In this document: positions 37,581 to 49,000 of the stretch, in pieces
Position numbering within the stretch: the stretch's first letter is position 1
How the letters are laid out: every line of letters begins with the position of its first letter
NCBI GenBank assembly: GCA_036630325.1
Contig: CP142728.1
Coordinates: 868,001-932,000, forward strand
DNA length: 64,000 nt
Direction: 5' to 3'
Source: Vairimorpha necatrix
Taxonomy: Eukaryota
Translations under genes and position numbers: made by a program
Notes under the pieces: model-generated
The model's input: only the letters and a program-made list of their open reading frames with translations
What the model was told of the DNA's origin: nothing
Databases searched by the model: none

Positions 37581-38945
37581 CCCTTTTTAATTAAATAATT
37601 TATGATGAAACCACTTGCATTGGATTGTACTCGTTTTTTATCAAAATTAGGTGTCGCATAATCTTAAGACAGTTTTTGTTTTGGAGGGAAAAGTTCCCTC
37701 TAAAAAGTTTAAGAAAGGCCTATTTTATTTGCCTTTAATGAGTAAAGGTTTGCCACTGACTGAATTAGAAAAATCCATGATAATATATATGAACAAAAAA
37801 AATCAATTTCTCAAATAAGTAAAGATTTAAAGAGATCTAGAACAGTAATCGGTAGTTTTTAAAAGATCCTGCTATTTATGGAGTTAAAAGATCTACTGGA
37901 AGACCAAAAAAGCTTTTACTAAGAACAAGAGCAAGAGTAATTAAACTTGCTTGAGGAAAAAACAAAACAGCAAATTCAATAAAAGGACAACTAGATCTTA
38001 AGGTGCATAAATGTACAATATTAACTGTATTAAAAAACGAAGGAAAGTTGACAAGAAGAAAAATAAAACGAAAGCCGTCTTTAACAAAAACTCATAAAAA
38101 AAACAGAATCAGGTTTTCAGGCAAATATGAAGATCTAGAAGAAGGATGGAAAAATGTAATATTTGTAGATGAAAAAAGTTTAATTTGGACGGTCCAGATG
38201 GATATTCCTACTGTTGGGCTAGTTTAAATATTAAAAAAACATTCTTTATGCGCAGAGCCATGGGCGGACCGTCGGTTATGATTTGGGGCTGTGTTAATTA
38301 CAGCGGGAAATCGGAATTGGCGATTATTGAAGGAAATATAGACAGTAATAAATATCAGAACATACTTGATGGTTATCTTATTCCCTTTATTATTCAACAG
38401 AATCTTGTGGATCCTATTTTTCAGCAGGATAATGCAAGACCACATGTTTTAAAATCAACATAAAACTGGTTTGTAAGCAATAATATTGAATATGTTCTGG
38501 CCTGCACTTTCTCCAGATTTAAATCCGATTGAAAATCTTTGGGGAGAACTTTCCAGAATGGTTTTTGGTGATGGAAAGGTGTATGATGATATTGATTCAT
38601 TAAAAAAAAATCAATCAACGAAAACTGGCATATAATAAGTCAAAGATATTGTCAAAAGCTAGTAGGTTCTATGGAAAAGAGACTTAAAATAGTTTTAAAT
38701 AGCGATGGAGGCTCAACAAAATATTTAACCTTTTATATTCTAAATTCTCTTAAGATTATGCAACACCTAATTTCAATAAAAAACTAGTACAGCACAATGC
38801 ACGTGGTTTCATCGTAAATTTTTTAATTAAAAAGATTTAAAAGATGCAAATACTTGAAAAAATGATTTTATTGTGATGTTTAAGCCATTAAACACGCTAG
38901 TATAATCGAAAAATAGGGGGTGCCTTAAGATTATGCAACGGACTG
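37581..38945 (+). mobile_element. Tc1/Tc3-like transposon with long IR-DR type TIRs, left TIR truncated; transposase pseudogene ~37738-38728
   Basis: VIFVDEK, DGPDG, FQQDNARPH, PDLNPIENLWG; right TIR ~38747-38945 has two CTTAAGATTATGCAAC repeats and ends ACTG|TA; its inner half is mirrored at ~37583-37668. Confidence 0.88.
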
Positions 38946-39299
38946 TATATATGCGTATTTATTAGTTTATATGATTTATTTTTTCTTTAAGTAAATCAAA
39001 GCATGTCTTCTTTATGAAGATTTTAAAACAGAATCATTCTAAAAGTTTCTAGTGTAACCGTGGGCGTTTCACGATGCTACATTCTAACATGAAAATAAAA
39101 TTAATAAATGTATACTAATTAGTAAAAATTTTTATTATAATGATTAAATATTTTAAAAACTCTCCGAAACAATCTATATTTTAATTACAATAAAATCTAA
39201 AAATATATACAAGTCTTTAAGTATCAGCAATATTTCTAATTTTTTTGGCTAATGGAAAGTATAAAATATATATTTTATTTGGGTATAATATTCGGCTTA

Positions 39300-39835
39300 T
39301 TAATTACTTTTCACAAGATACGCTTACAGTCTCATCTGGCAGTTCCAGGACTTCCTTCCGAGATTCACTCATTGGGCTCTCGAAGACCCCTCCCTGATCT
39401 GTATCAAGCCCATGTCTGGCTGGCATAGTTAGGCTTTATAAAGTCATTTTAAGGACTCTTGACTGTATATATGCTTCTGTTCTGGGTTCTAATCTGAGCA
39501 CTTTGATATGCGTACGGTGAAAATTAGTCACTATTCCATCCCACTTCATCACATAAGGAATAATTTTCAGCTTGTATTTGTAGAGAGAAGCCACATGATT
39601 TGCGAGCAAGTCGTATTTATGTTTCTTTTCTGTTTCTACTGCATGGAGGTTGTTAAAACTTGTGATTCCAACTTCTAAAACGATCACTTCTTTCCTCAAC
39701 TTGTCTATAATTAGTATATCAGGCTTGTTATACTTTATTTTAATACTTGAATATATCCTACTGTCGACTCGTATCTCAACATACTCATTAGCTACACATT
39801 CCTGGACTGAATGATTTCTAATTCTTTTGGCATGG
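39300..39835 (-). pseudogene. 3' fragment of an RLE-type non-LTR retrotransposon (restriction-like endonuclease domain)
   Basis: NKPDILIIDK..LEVGITS..EKKHKYDLLA..IIPYVMKWDG: PD-(D/E)xK-like domain at the C-terminus of RLE non-LTR ORFs. Confidence 0.75.
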
Positions 39836-40869
39836 GATATGGAAAGTATAAATGTATATTTGTACATGAGAGAGATAATGAACACGAAAAAAGGGGAAAT
39901 TGACATCTCATAAAACCTATTAAAATAACACATGTAGTATATGTAAGTAGAATGTGAACTTTTTTATTCTAATTAAAACCTTTATTACATACATGATTTA
40001 AATTTTTCTAAAGGGTATCTATCTGCATATATATATAAAAGTACAAAATACAAAACGAAAAAATCAAGAAAAATATACATAAATATTAGTGCAGTGAAAT
40101 TAATTGTATTGAAATAATAGAAATTTCTATATGGTAACAAATAATATATAAGTATTTTTATGTATTTAAAACATTCAATTATATGATTATTGCCGTATCA
40201 ACACATAGAATAAATAGATTTTGAATTAAACAAATCAGAATATAATTTTTGTATAAATCAATAACAAAGATTTTTTGAATTTTTAGATGAATTCTTATTT
40301 TTGAATTACATCGAGGTACATTAGAAAGAATATAATTGTGGATAAAAAACAACCAATACCCTATTGGAAAATAATACTGTATAAAAATACAACTTTTTAA
40401 TATAATATAAAACGAAATTTAAATATCATGAAGATTTTATATCTATTACAATTAATACGAGAGAGCGATTATATAAATGTATCGAGAATAAACACAATTT
40501 CTATTAAGAATAATAGCAAAATCTCATAAGTGCGTATGTATGAATTTTACATTGAAATTATCTAAAAATTATATATTCATATAAAAATGTAGATATTATC
40601 GCAGTCAATCAAATACTGATCAATCATATTCTCACAAATTGGCAGATTTTATTAGCTACAAAAAGTATTTAAAAAAATTTCAAAAAGAGGGCATGGAAAA
40701 TAAGAATAAAGAAATTGACATATTTCAAATAAATAACATCTTATAAAGTCAAGATACTTATATTATATAATTATATAATTTTTTGCATAATTTAATGAGA
40801 ATTTTTAAAAAAATAAGCTTGAATAAAAATTGTGATGTTTATAAAAATTATGTTATGTCGAAGTAACAT

Positions 40870-41050
40870 CCAGATGATCACGCTACAAAGCATTTCTTTG
40901 GACTAGCGCAGGTTAGGTTATGAAGCTGATGTTGAAAGGACTATGGAGACGAGAAGCAACCTACAAACAGGAGACGTCACCGGAACCTATCCTTGTTAAA
41001 CTATAAATATAAATTACAATAAGCATTCCCTAATTAGATTCATTTATTTT
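40870..41050 (+). pseudogene. Possible extreme 3' remnant of another RLE non-LTR element
   Basis: GC-richer island translating ITLQSISLD*RRLG, resembling MTL*SLTMPARHG at the end of the 39436 fragment. Confidence 0.3.
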
Positions 41051-41291
41051 TATGTCGAAATATAACTATATCCTAACGAAATCTTATGGTAGTATAACAT
41101 AGAATTTTGCGACCCAATATAGGATATTATAAAATTAGTTATAACATCTTGATCTTAAGATATCTCATGATTTTACGAGATCAAAATTACTTTTAATAAA
41201 AAATAGTTTAAGAAAAACTTACTTCTAATATATGATAATATTGGCAAACCTGTTCATGAGATGTTAAGACCACTTTCAATTAAAACGAAAT

Positions 41292-42512
41292 GGTTAAGTT
41301 CTCGACTTACCCCCCCCCCCCCCACCCCTAAAAAAAATAAAAAAAAATAAAAAAAGGGGAAAAAATAAAAAAAAATAAAAAAAGGGGGGAAAAATAAAAA
41401 AATAAATTATTTGACCCATAATGAGAATTAAAGAATTTAGAAAACTCATCTATAAAAAAAATGAGTTAATGCAATTTTTAATTGCAAAAAACATTTTGAG
41501 GGTCCCTATGTGCAATAAATGCAATATACCAATGACTCAAAATCGGTCCAACACTGAAAACTATCGTTGTTATTCAAGACGTGATGGTAAAAAATGTTCT
41601 AACAAAGGAACCATAATGAAACAAAGCGTTTTTAAGAACTCAAAATTGCCTATTGAGGATCTTTTAATTTTGCTTTGCGAATGGGTAAAGGGTTCAAGTA
41701 ATTTGGCCGCCACGTTAGAACTTGATATAGGTAAATGTACGGTATCAAGATGGTTTACGCGTTTTAATAACGCCGTGTACGTCTCTTATTCAACATATAT
41801 AAACAATCAAACGATTGGCGGCGTCGGTTGTATTGTTGAAATTGATGAAACTTTACTTGTAAAAAGTAAAAACCATGCGGGAAGGGTTCTTCAATATCAA
41901 GTATGGGCAGTTGGAGGCGTTGTGAGAGGGGATGCAAATTCTTTTTTATTTGAGATCGTAGAAAATAGAACAAGAGCTACTCTTGTTGAATTAATTACAA
42001 GAAAAATTGCTCCGGGGACCACAATTGTGACAGATTGTTGGCGTGGATATAGTGATATTCAAACAATCTGTGTAGAATATGAGTATCTACATTTGACTGT
42101 GAATCACAGCCAAAATTTTGTTGATAATATAACTAGTGCGCATACTCAGACTATAGAGGGAATGTGGTCGGTTATTAAAAGAGAACTAAGAAAAGGCGGA
42201 ACTAGTCATGGTACTATTATGAATCTTGTAAGAAAGATTTACATTAACAGATTCAAATTAATATATCGTGAAAATCTATTAGATAAAATGTTAGAATTTT
42301 TTCAAATAGGTAATTTTAGTATTGTAGCTTATGATATTATTCCTGAAATAGACTTTACAATTGTGGAATAATTTTTTTTGTTTTTTTTGGGGGTAAGGGG
42401 GGGGGGTTAAGTCGAGAATTAAACGTTTTTTTATTTTTTTTTATTTTTTCCCCTTTTTTTATTTTTTTTTATTTTTTTTAGGGGTGGGGGGGGGTAAGTC
42501 GAGAACTTAACC
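41292..42512 (+). mobile_element. Merlin DNA transposon, apparently intact
   Basis: TIR GGTTAAGTTCTCGACTTACCCC, TSD AACGAAAT. Confidence 0.96.
41421..42371 (+). CDS. Merlin/IS1016-like DDE transposase (316 aa)
   Basis: CCC just upstream of ATG; N-terminal CxxC..C..C; VEIDETLL, TDCWRGY, VNHS, HTQTIEGMWS. Confidence 0.93.
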   Translation: MRIKEFRKLIYKKNELMQFLIAKNILRVPMCNKCNIPMTQNRSNTENYRCYSRRDGKKCSNKGTIMKQSVFKNSKLPIEDLLILLCEWVKGSSNLAATLELDIGKCTVSRWFTRFNNAVYVSYSTYINNQTIGGVGCIVEIDETLLVKSKNHAGRVLQYQVWAVGGVVRGDANSFLFEIVENRTRATLVELITRKIAPGTTIVTDCWRGYSDIQTICVEYEYLHLTVNHSQNFVDNITSAHTQTIEGMWSVIKRELRKGGTSHGTIMNLVRKIYINRFKLIYRENLLDKMLEFFQIGNFSIVAYDIIPEIDFTIVE

Positions 42513-43506
42513 AACGAAATATATGTATATATATATATATATCTGATTGTTATGTTAGTATCTTTCTATTAAGAAAATATTTTATATCTGATCGTATAAT
42601 ATATACTCGTTAAATCAGTAGTAGTTCAAAAAAAGTAAAAAAGGACTCAACATTTTAAACTAATATTTTTTTGTATATCTTTTATATAGAAACCTCATTA
42701 ATAACAATTTCTAATATATATATATATAAAGTACTTTTTTGTTAAATATTTTGTTTTCGATATTTCTAAAATTTTATCCTTATACATCTGTTTTAAATAA
42801 AAAGTAAATTGAGAATTAGGAATATTTATAAATACTTCCTAATTAAAAATATTCGTTGTTTATATTATAGTGTTATAACACTAAATATGGTAACGTTTTG
42901 AATTTTACCATTTATTTATATCAGTATATGGCGGGACACAAAAAATTTAACAATTCTAAAAGTTTTCATAAATTATCTATTTAAATTCTCATAATCATAA
43001 ATAATAAAACTAAAAAAATCATCAACATATTCTTGTTTACACATATCACACAATTCAATGTTTAGTTACACAATTCATCAGACTGATGCTCTATGAATAA
43101 TATTAGTAAGTGGGATTATTTAAATACTCTAAAGGTCTAAAATTGCACCTTTATTCTACGTAAAACTGTTTCTAAATAATCTAATATTCATAAGTTTGAT
43201 CTTAATTCTAATATCCCTTTTAATAATTGAATCATTTATTCAGATAATGGTAAACTTATATCTATAGAAGTTTCCGCATACATTCTTCTCAATGATTATG
43301 TAATAATCATACTTATGTTTGATTAAGCATTAATTAGGTATAAATGCGATCATTAAAACCATTATTTTCTACGGACTAGAAATATATGACCGGAGAAACC
43401 TTATGTTTATCAATCGATAGATTATATGACTAAATTTCAGTAAAGCTAATGTAGCGGAAGAGCTTCTATTATGATTATAGTAAAAAGCTGCAATTACAAT
43501 TCTTGT

Positions 43507-43817
43507 GACAGCCCGTGTTTTTTCACTGTTAATGTAATTTTTTTTATTTTATGCTCATGATCTTATTTATCAGCAAATGATTATTATACAATTTAATACT
43601 TCAGAAATTTGAGTATACAACTGTATTCCAACTTTTCAACTTCTCGCGACACGTGGGATGCGCAAGCGCTATAAGGTCTTGTCCATTGAAGTTGGTATAA
43701 CTAACGGTACTCAAATTTCTGAAGTATATAATTCGTATAATAATCATTTGCTGTTAAAAAAGATCATGAGCATAAAATATAAAGATTTTTACACTAGCAG
43801 AAAAAAAATTGACTGTC
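43507..43817. repeat. Long imperfect inverted repeat (~130-bp arms, ~45-nt GC-rich loop)
   Basis: Arms 43507-43640 and 43686-43817; e.g. TATTTTATGCTCATGATCTT/AAGATCATGAGCATAAAATA, CAGCAAATGATTATTATAC/GTATAATAATCATTTGCTG, ATACTTCAGAAATTTGAGTA/TACTCAAATTTCTGAAGTAT. Confidence 0.9.
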
Positions 43818-44343
43818 TTGGATTAGATATTGTATAATACTCTATTTTTTAAAATACTATATGTCACCGTTCAGACCGGACGCCCGTTCGGACTGGACGC
43901 CGGGGGTAAAAAATTAAAAAAAAATCTCTCCAGTCAGGGGCGAACCAGAAAATAAGAACAAATAAATGTTCGTCTTTAAGACAGCTCAAATTTCTTCTGA
44001 TTTTTTGAGGGGGGAATTTTTGTTTTTTTTTTATAATAATGGGAGGGAATAATGAAAAAAGGAGAAAAATAAAATAAACAAAATTTTTAGTACTTTATTC
44101 ATTACTGAGGTGGTCACGAGGGATGAACCCTCGTTGAAAGTAGGCCTCTAGCAAACTACTTGTAAACGGCTCCTTGGGCCTTGTTTGTTTATTATTTAAA
44201 AAATGTTTATTGTTGTTTTTCTGCATCTACTTCTTTCTTTTTGTTGGGGTCGAAAAATAATATTTTTTAAAAAAAATATTTAAGAAATTCCATTTTGGGG
44301 AAATGGAATTTTACATGTGGTTGTAATACCACATTCTGCCCCC

Positions 44344-44798
44344 TTAGAGTTTAATGTTCTTAATATGCGTCCATCCACTATTTCCTTTCAGTTTAATCCA
44401 GTACCCTTTATTGCCAACACATAATACCTTCTTCCTCTTGCTCCATTTTGGTCCTAATTTTTTAGCATTATATATTCTTTCCCTACAAATGTCTCCAACT
44501 TTTACCAAATAGATTTTTTCTTCTTTTAAGACACTAATATGATTGTAATCTCTCTGTAATGGGTCATAAATATTAAATCCATTAATGATTGAAAATGGAG
44601 AAGATTTTATCGTTCTATTATAATTGAAATTAATCGCATTTTCTGCCTTCATAACGACTTCTCGTATATTTAAACCTTTGTTGAAGCTCAGGGCGAATGA
44701 AATTGTTTTATTTATTGCTTCCGATACACCATTAGAGCTTGGTGTGTATGAGGGTATCAAGGTATGTAGTATTTTTTCTTTTATTAAATAATCTTTAG
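44344..44798 (-). pseudogene. C-terminal integrase part of element C, separated by a Merlin insertion
   Basis: PSYTPSSNGVSEAINKT and GPKW; continues the 46051 ORF across TSD ATCTTTAG. Confidence 0.88.
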
Positions 44799-46056
44799 GG
44801 TTAAATTGCGATGTTACCCCCCCCCCCCCACCCCTAAAAAAATAAAAAAAAAGGGGAAAAAATAAAAAAAAGGGGAAAAAATAAAAAAAGGGAAAAAATA
44901 AAAAAAGGGGAAAAAATAAAAAAAAAGAGGAAAAATTATACCCCCTAAAATGAACATAAAGAATTTTCGAAAATTAATATATAAAAAAGAGGAATTATTA
45001 TTATTTCTTCTTGAAAAAAATAAATTAAAGGTACCAATGTGCAATAAGTGCATGACTCCCATGACCAAAATTAGAAATAATTTGGACAAATATCGTTGTT
45101 ACTTACGACGAAATGGGAGAAAATGCTCAAACGAAGGTAACATTTACAAAGAAAGCATTTTTAAAAGTTCTAGATTAGATATCGAAGATCTTTTAATTTT
45201 GCTGTGTGAATGGGTTAAAGGTGTAAGCAATGTTTCGGCTACTATCGAATTGGATATAGATAGTAGTACCGTATCTCGCTGGTTTACGCGTTTTAATAAC
45301 GCTGTATTCTTATCCTATTTCAACTACATAAAAAACAAAACCATAGGAGGTTTAAACTGCGTAGTTGAAATAGACGAGACATTGCTTGTTAAAAGTAAAA
45401 ACCATAACGGTAGAATCCTTCAATACCAAGTTTGGGCCGTTGGTGGAGTTGTAAGAGGAGACAGCAATTCTTTTTTTTTCGAAATTGTTGAAAATCGATC
45501 AAGAACTACTCTTGTCGATTTAATAAAACGGAAAATCGCACCTGGATCTACAATTATTACTGATTGTTGGCGGGGTTATGAAGGGTTTTCGGAACTATGT
45601 CTGGATTATAACTATTTACATTTAACTGTAAATCATAGCCAAAATTTTATAAATCCAACAACAGGCGCCCACACCCAAACAATTGAGGGAATGTGGTCTG
45701 TAATTAAAAGGGAATTGCGCAAAGAAGGAACAAGCCATGGTTCTTTAATGAATTTAATTCGAAAACTTTATATAGCTCGTTTTAGGTTAATTTATAGAGA
45801 ATCACTACTTGAAAGAATGTTGTGCCTTTTTGAAGTTCAAAATATATGGTTGTTAAATTACGATTTGGCCCCTGAATTTGATTTTGAATTAGTTGAATAA
45901 ATTTTATTTTTCCTCTTTTTTTTTATTTTTCCCCATTTTTTTATTTTTTCCCTTTTTTTATTTTTTCCCCTTTTTTTTATTTTTTCCCCTTTTTTTTATT
46001 TTTTCCCCTTTTTTTTTATTTTTTTAGGGGTGGGGGGGTAACATCGCAATTTAACC
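44799..46056 (+). mobile_element. Merlin DNA transposon, apparently intact
   Basis: TIR GGTTAAATTGCGATGTTACCCC, TSD ATCTTTAG, subterminal A/G-rich tandem repeats. Confidence 0.96.
44950..45900 (+). CDS. Merlin/IS1016-like DDE transposase (316 aa)
   Basis: VEIDETLL, TDCWRGY, HTQTIEGMWS; paralogous to 41421-42371. Confidence 0.93.
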   Translation: MNIKNFRKLIYKKEELLLFLLEKNKLKVPMCNKCMTPMTKIRNNLDKYRCYLRRNGRKCSNEGNIYKESIFKSSRLDIEDLLILLCEWVKGVSNVSATIELDIDSSTVSRWFTRFNNAVFLSYFNYIKNKTIGGLNCVVEIDETLLVKSKNHNGRILQYQVWAVGGVVRGDSNSFFFEIVENRSRTTLVDLIKRKIAPGSTIITDCWRGYEGFSELCLDYNYLHLTVNHSQNFINPTTGAHTQTIEGMWSVIKRELRKEGTSHGSLMNLIRKLYIARFRLIYRESLLERMLCLFEVQNIWLLNYDLAPEFDFELVE

Positions 46057-49000
46057 ATCTTTAGTTGTGTTACTTATAAACTGGCGTCCCCTGTCTGAAA
46101 TTATAGATGTTGGTTTCCCAAAAGTTGTAATCCAATTTTCAAAACATCTTAACACCGAGTCTGAATTTATAGTGTATAAGAAATAAAGTTTAGTATATCG
46201 GGAATATATATCCGTCATGGTAAGGATATATCCTACCTCTTTCCTTTCTGAAATAATAAAATTATCAAGACTAAAAGGGCCGAAAATATCGGTACTTACC
46301 TTTTCAAATTTTCTTTGTGCTACTATATTGCCAGTGATATATTTTTTAGGATGCTTATTTTTATAAATTCCACAAATTTTACATTTGCTAATGGTATTTC
46401 TTATTTCTTTAAAGATTCGTTTTATATAGTAATAGCGCTTTATATTGTAATATAGGGTAGAAATTCCTCTATGAAGTCCAAATTCATGCATAAATGATAT
46501 AAATTTTTTTACTTGGTTAAATTTAACTATGTAGCGCTTTTCTTTATCAAATATAAAGTTACCGTTTTTGTCTCTGAGACAACATTCTTGGTTTAGTTCA
46601 ATAATTTCTTCGTGATTATTGTTTTCATTATTTCCGATTCCAATGAAATTTCTTGATAGATTATCTGCCATACAATTTTTATTACCATCTATATGATTTA
46701 GTGAAAAACTAAATTCATTTAACAACAATTTCCATCTATTAATTCTTGATGTTTCTATTTTATTTTCATAGATACAATTTTTACTATCAGTATAAATCTC
46801 TACATAAGATCCTTGGATTATGTTTTTAAAATTGAGCATAGATAAAACAATTGCCAAAAATTCCTTCTCAACAATACTGTAATTTAATTCTGGACCAGAA
46901 AATTTTTTACTATAATATCTAATGATTTTATCCTTTTGTGTTAGTGTACTTCCTAAACCTATTTCGCTCGCGTCAACGTGTAATGTAAATTTACTATTGT
47001 AATCGGGAAATGATAACATATGATTACCTAAAATCCACTCTTTAATTCTGTCAACTTCCTTTCTCATTTCGGTCGTTATTTTAATTTTATTTTCATTCTT
47101 GTTTTTTAACATATCTGTTAATTTATTAATCCTTATCGAAAGATCTGGAATAAACTTTCTGTACCAGTTTATCACTCCTAACAGTTTTTGTAAATCCTTT
47201 TTCGTTCTTATTTCTTTCTCGAATATTCTATTATTTAAATAATTGGTTTTTGGAAAAATTCCTTCGTGATTTATTTTGTAACCCAAAACTTCAATTTCTG
47301 GTTGAAAAAACTTCGATTTTTCGAAATTTATTTGGACATTTTTGCTATATAAAGTTTCTAGTATTTTTTCTACGGAAATTAAATGACTTTCTTTTGTTTT
47401 ATTATAAATCACAATATCATCTATGAAAACAAATACATTATCGAAATCTCCTAAAATGTTTGAAATATTTCTTTGAAATAATTTTGGGCCAGGCTTAATT
47501 CCAAAGGGAATTCTCTTGTATTGCCACTGTTGTCCTAATAAAAAAAACGATGTATATTTCTTGCTTTGTTCATCTATTTTTATCTGATTAAATCCGTTAC
47601 TTAAATCAATCTGCGTAAAAAATTTGTTAGATCCCATTATTGTTAGACAATCCTCAATTTTGGGCAATATCCATGGGTCATCTTGTAAAGCTTTATTTAC
47701 TTCCCTATAATCTACTACTAAACGTAAATCTTTATTTTTCTTTTCTATAAAAAATGCAGGGCTTATTATATCAGAAGAACTCTTTTCAATTATATCTGCA
47801 TCTAAAAGTCTTTTAATTTCCATTTTCGCCTTTTCAATATATTTAAATGGAACTGTATAGGTAATCTTCTTTGTTTTTAAAACTGGTTGTATTACATTAA
47901 ACGAAGCTAGGTTTGTTTTCATAGAGGTAAATTTTTTGTTTTCTTTAATATAGAAGTCTAATAGTTTATTAAATTCTTCGCTTTCGCTAACCTGACATAA
48001 TTTATTAACTATTTCTTTATCTAGCAATTCCTCAGCATTTCCCTCTTTATGTACCATGTCAATTCGTAGTCCATCTAATTCTACCGTTCCTTCGGCGTAA
48101 TCTAACTTTGCACAATGCATGTCAAGAAATTCGTTCCCTAGAACAAAATTAACGGGTAATTTTTCTAAAACGCAAAATTTTACTTCAAAAGGTTTTTCTT
48201 TTATCGTAACAACAGTATTGACCATTTCATTGGATTCTGCTGTTTCATTATTTCCAAAAATGGTTTTAATTCTAGCACATTCTTCTTTCTTTAAATTAAA
48301 TTCATTAACTGCGCTTTTAGTAATATAATTTCTCCTTGATCCGCTATCTAATAGCATTTTCACATCCTTATTACCTATTTTTCCTATTACAGTAATGTCT
48401 TCGGGACATTGGCTACGTTGTTTAATAATCATATTTTTATCCTTGTGATCTGCAAATTCAGGCAATCTTTTTTTATTCTGTAAGGCGTAACAACGCCTGG
48501 TATCATGAGTATAGTTACTCTTATGAAGTGAGCACCATTTCGGGTTATTAAATTGAGTATTTCTGTTATAATCAAAATTTTCTTTTTCATAATGGGTATT
48601 GGGTTTCTCGACTTTAGTTAAAATTTCATAAATTTCCTTACTTATCATATTTTGTCTTGTTAATTCTAAATGTGTGAAATCTCCTAGTCCCTTTAAAAAT
48701 ACTTCTTCCATTTTATGCAGAGCTTCTCTTTTTTTTAGATCATTATAATATGAATAACTGTTAAGTCTTTCCTCGATTGTTTCTTTATATTCTTTGATAC
48801 TAAAATAACTTATTTGGCTTGTATTATCTAATTCACGTATCGCATGTCTTTTTTGTTCCGGTGGATAAATAAAATTCAACAGTGACTTTCTTAATGCAAT
48901 ATAAGAATCTGATGGTAAATAATCTTTTCTTGGATCGTGTATACAATCCATGTAAATCAAAGCCATTTGTTCGTCATTCCAATCATTTGCTTTAGCTAAC

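Noticed and set aside
43686-43800. Right arm of the hairpin translates as IEVGIT.., like the RLE motif LEVGIT
   Set aside because: Match is too short, the downstream K..KY motif is not convincing, and the other arm does not keep the frame
44820-44935. Regularly spaced repeats as a CRISPR-like or telomeric array
   Set aside because: No unique spacers; low-complexity units lying within Merlin TIRs; eukaryotic context
44814-45089. Hydrophobic Phe-repeat ORFs (also 54882-55190, and the Lys-rich 20151-20366)
   Set aside because: Translations of Merlin subterminal A/G tandem repeats
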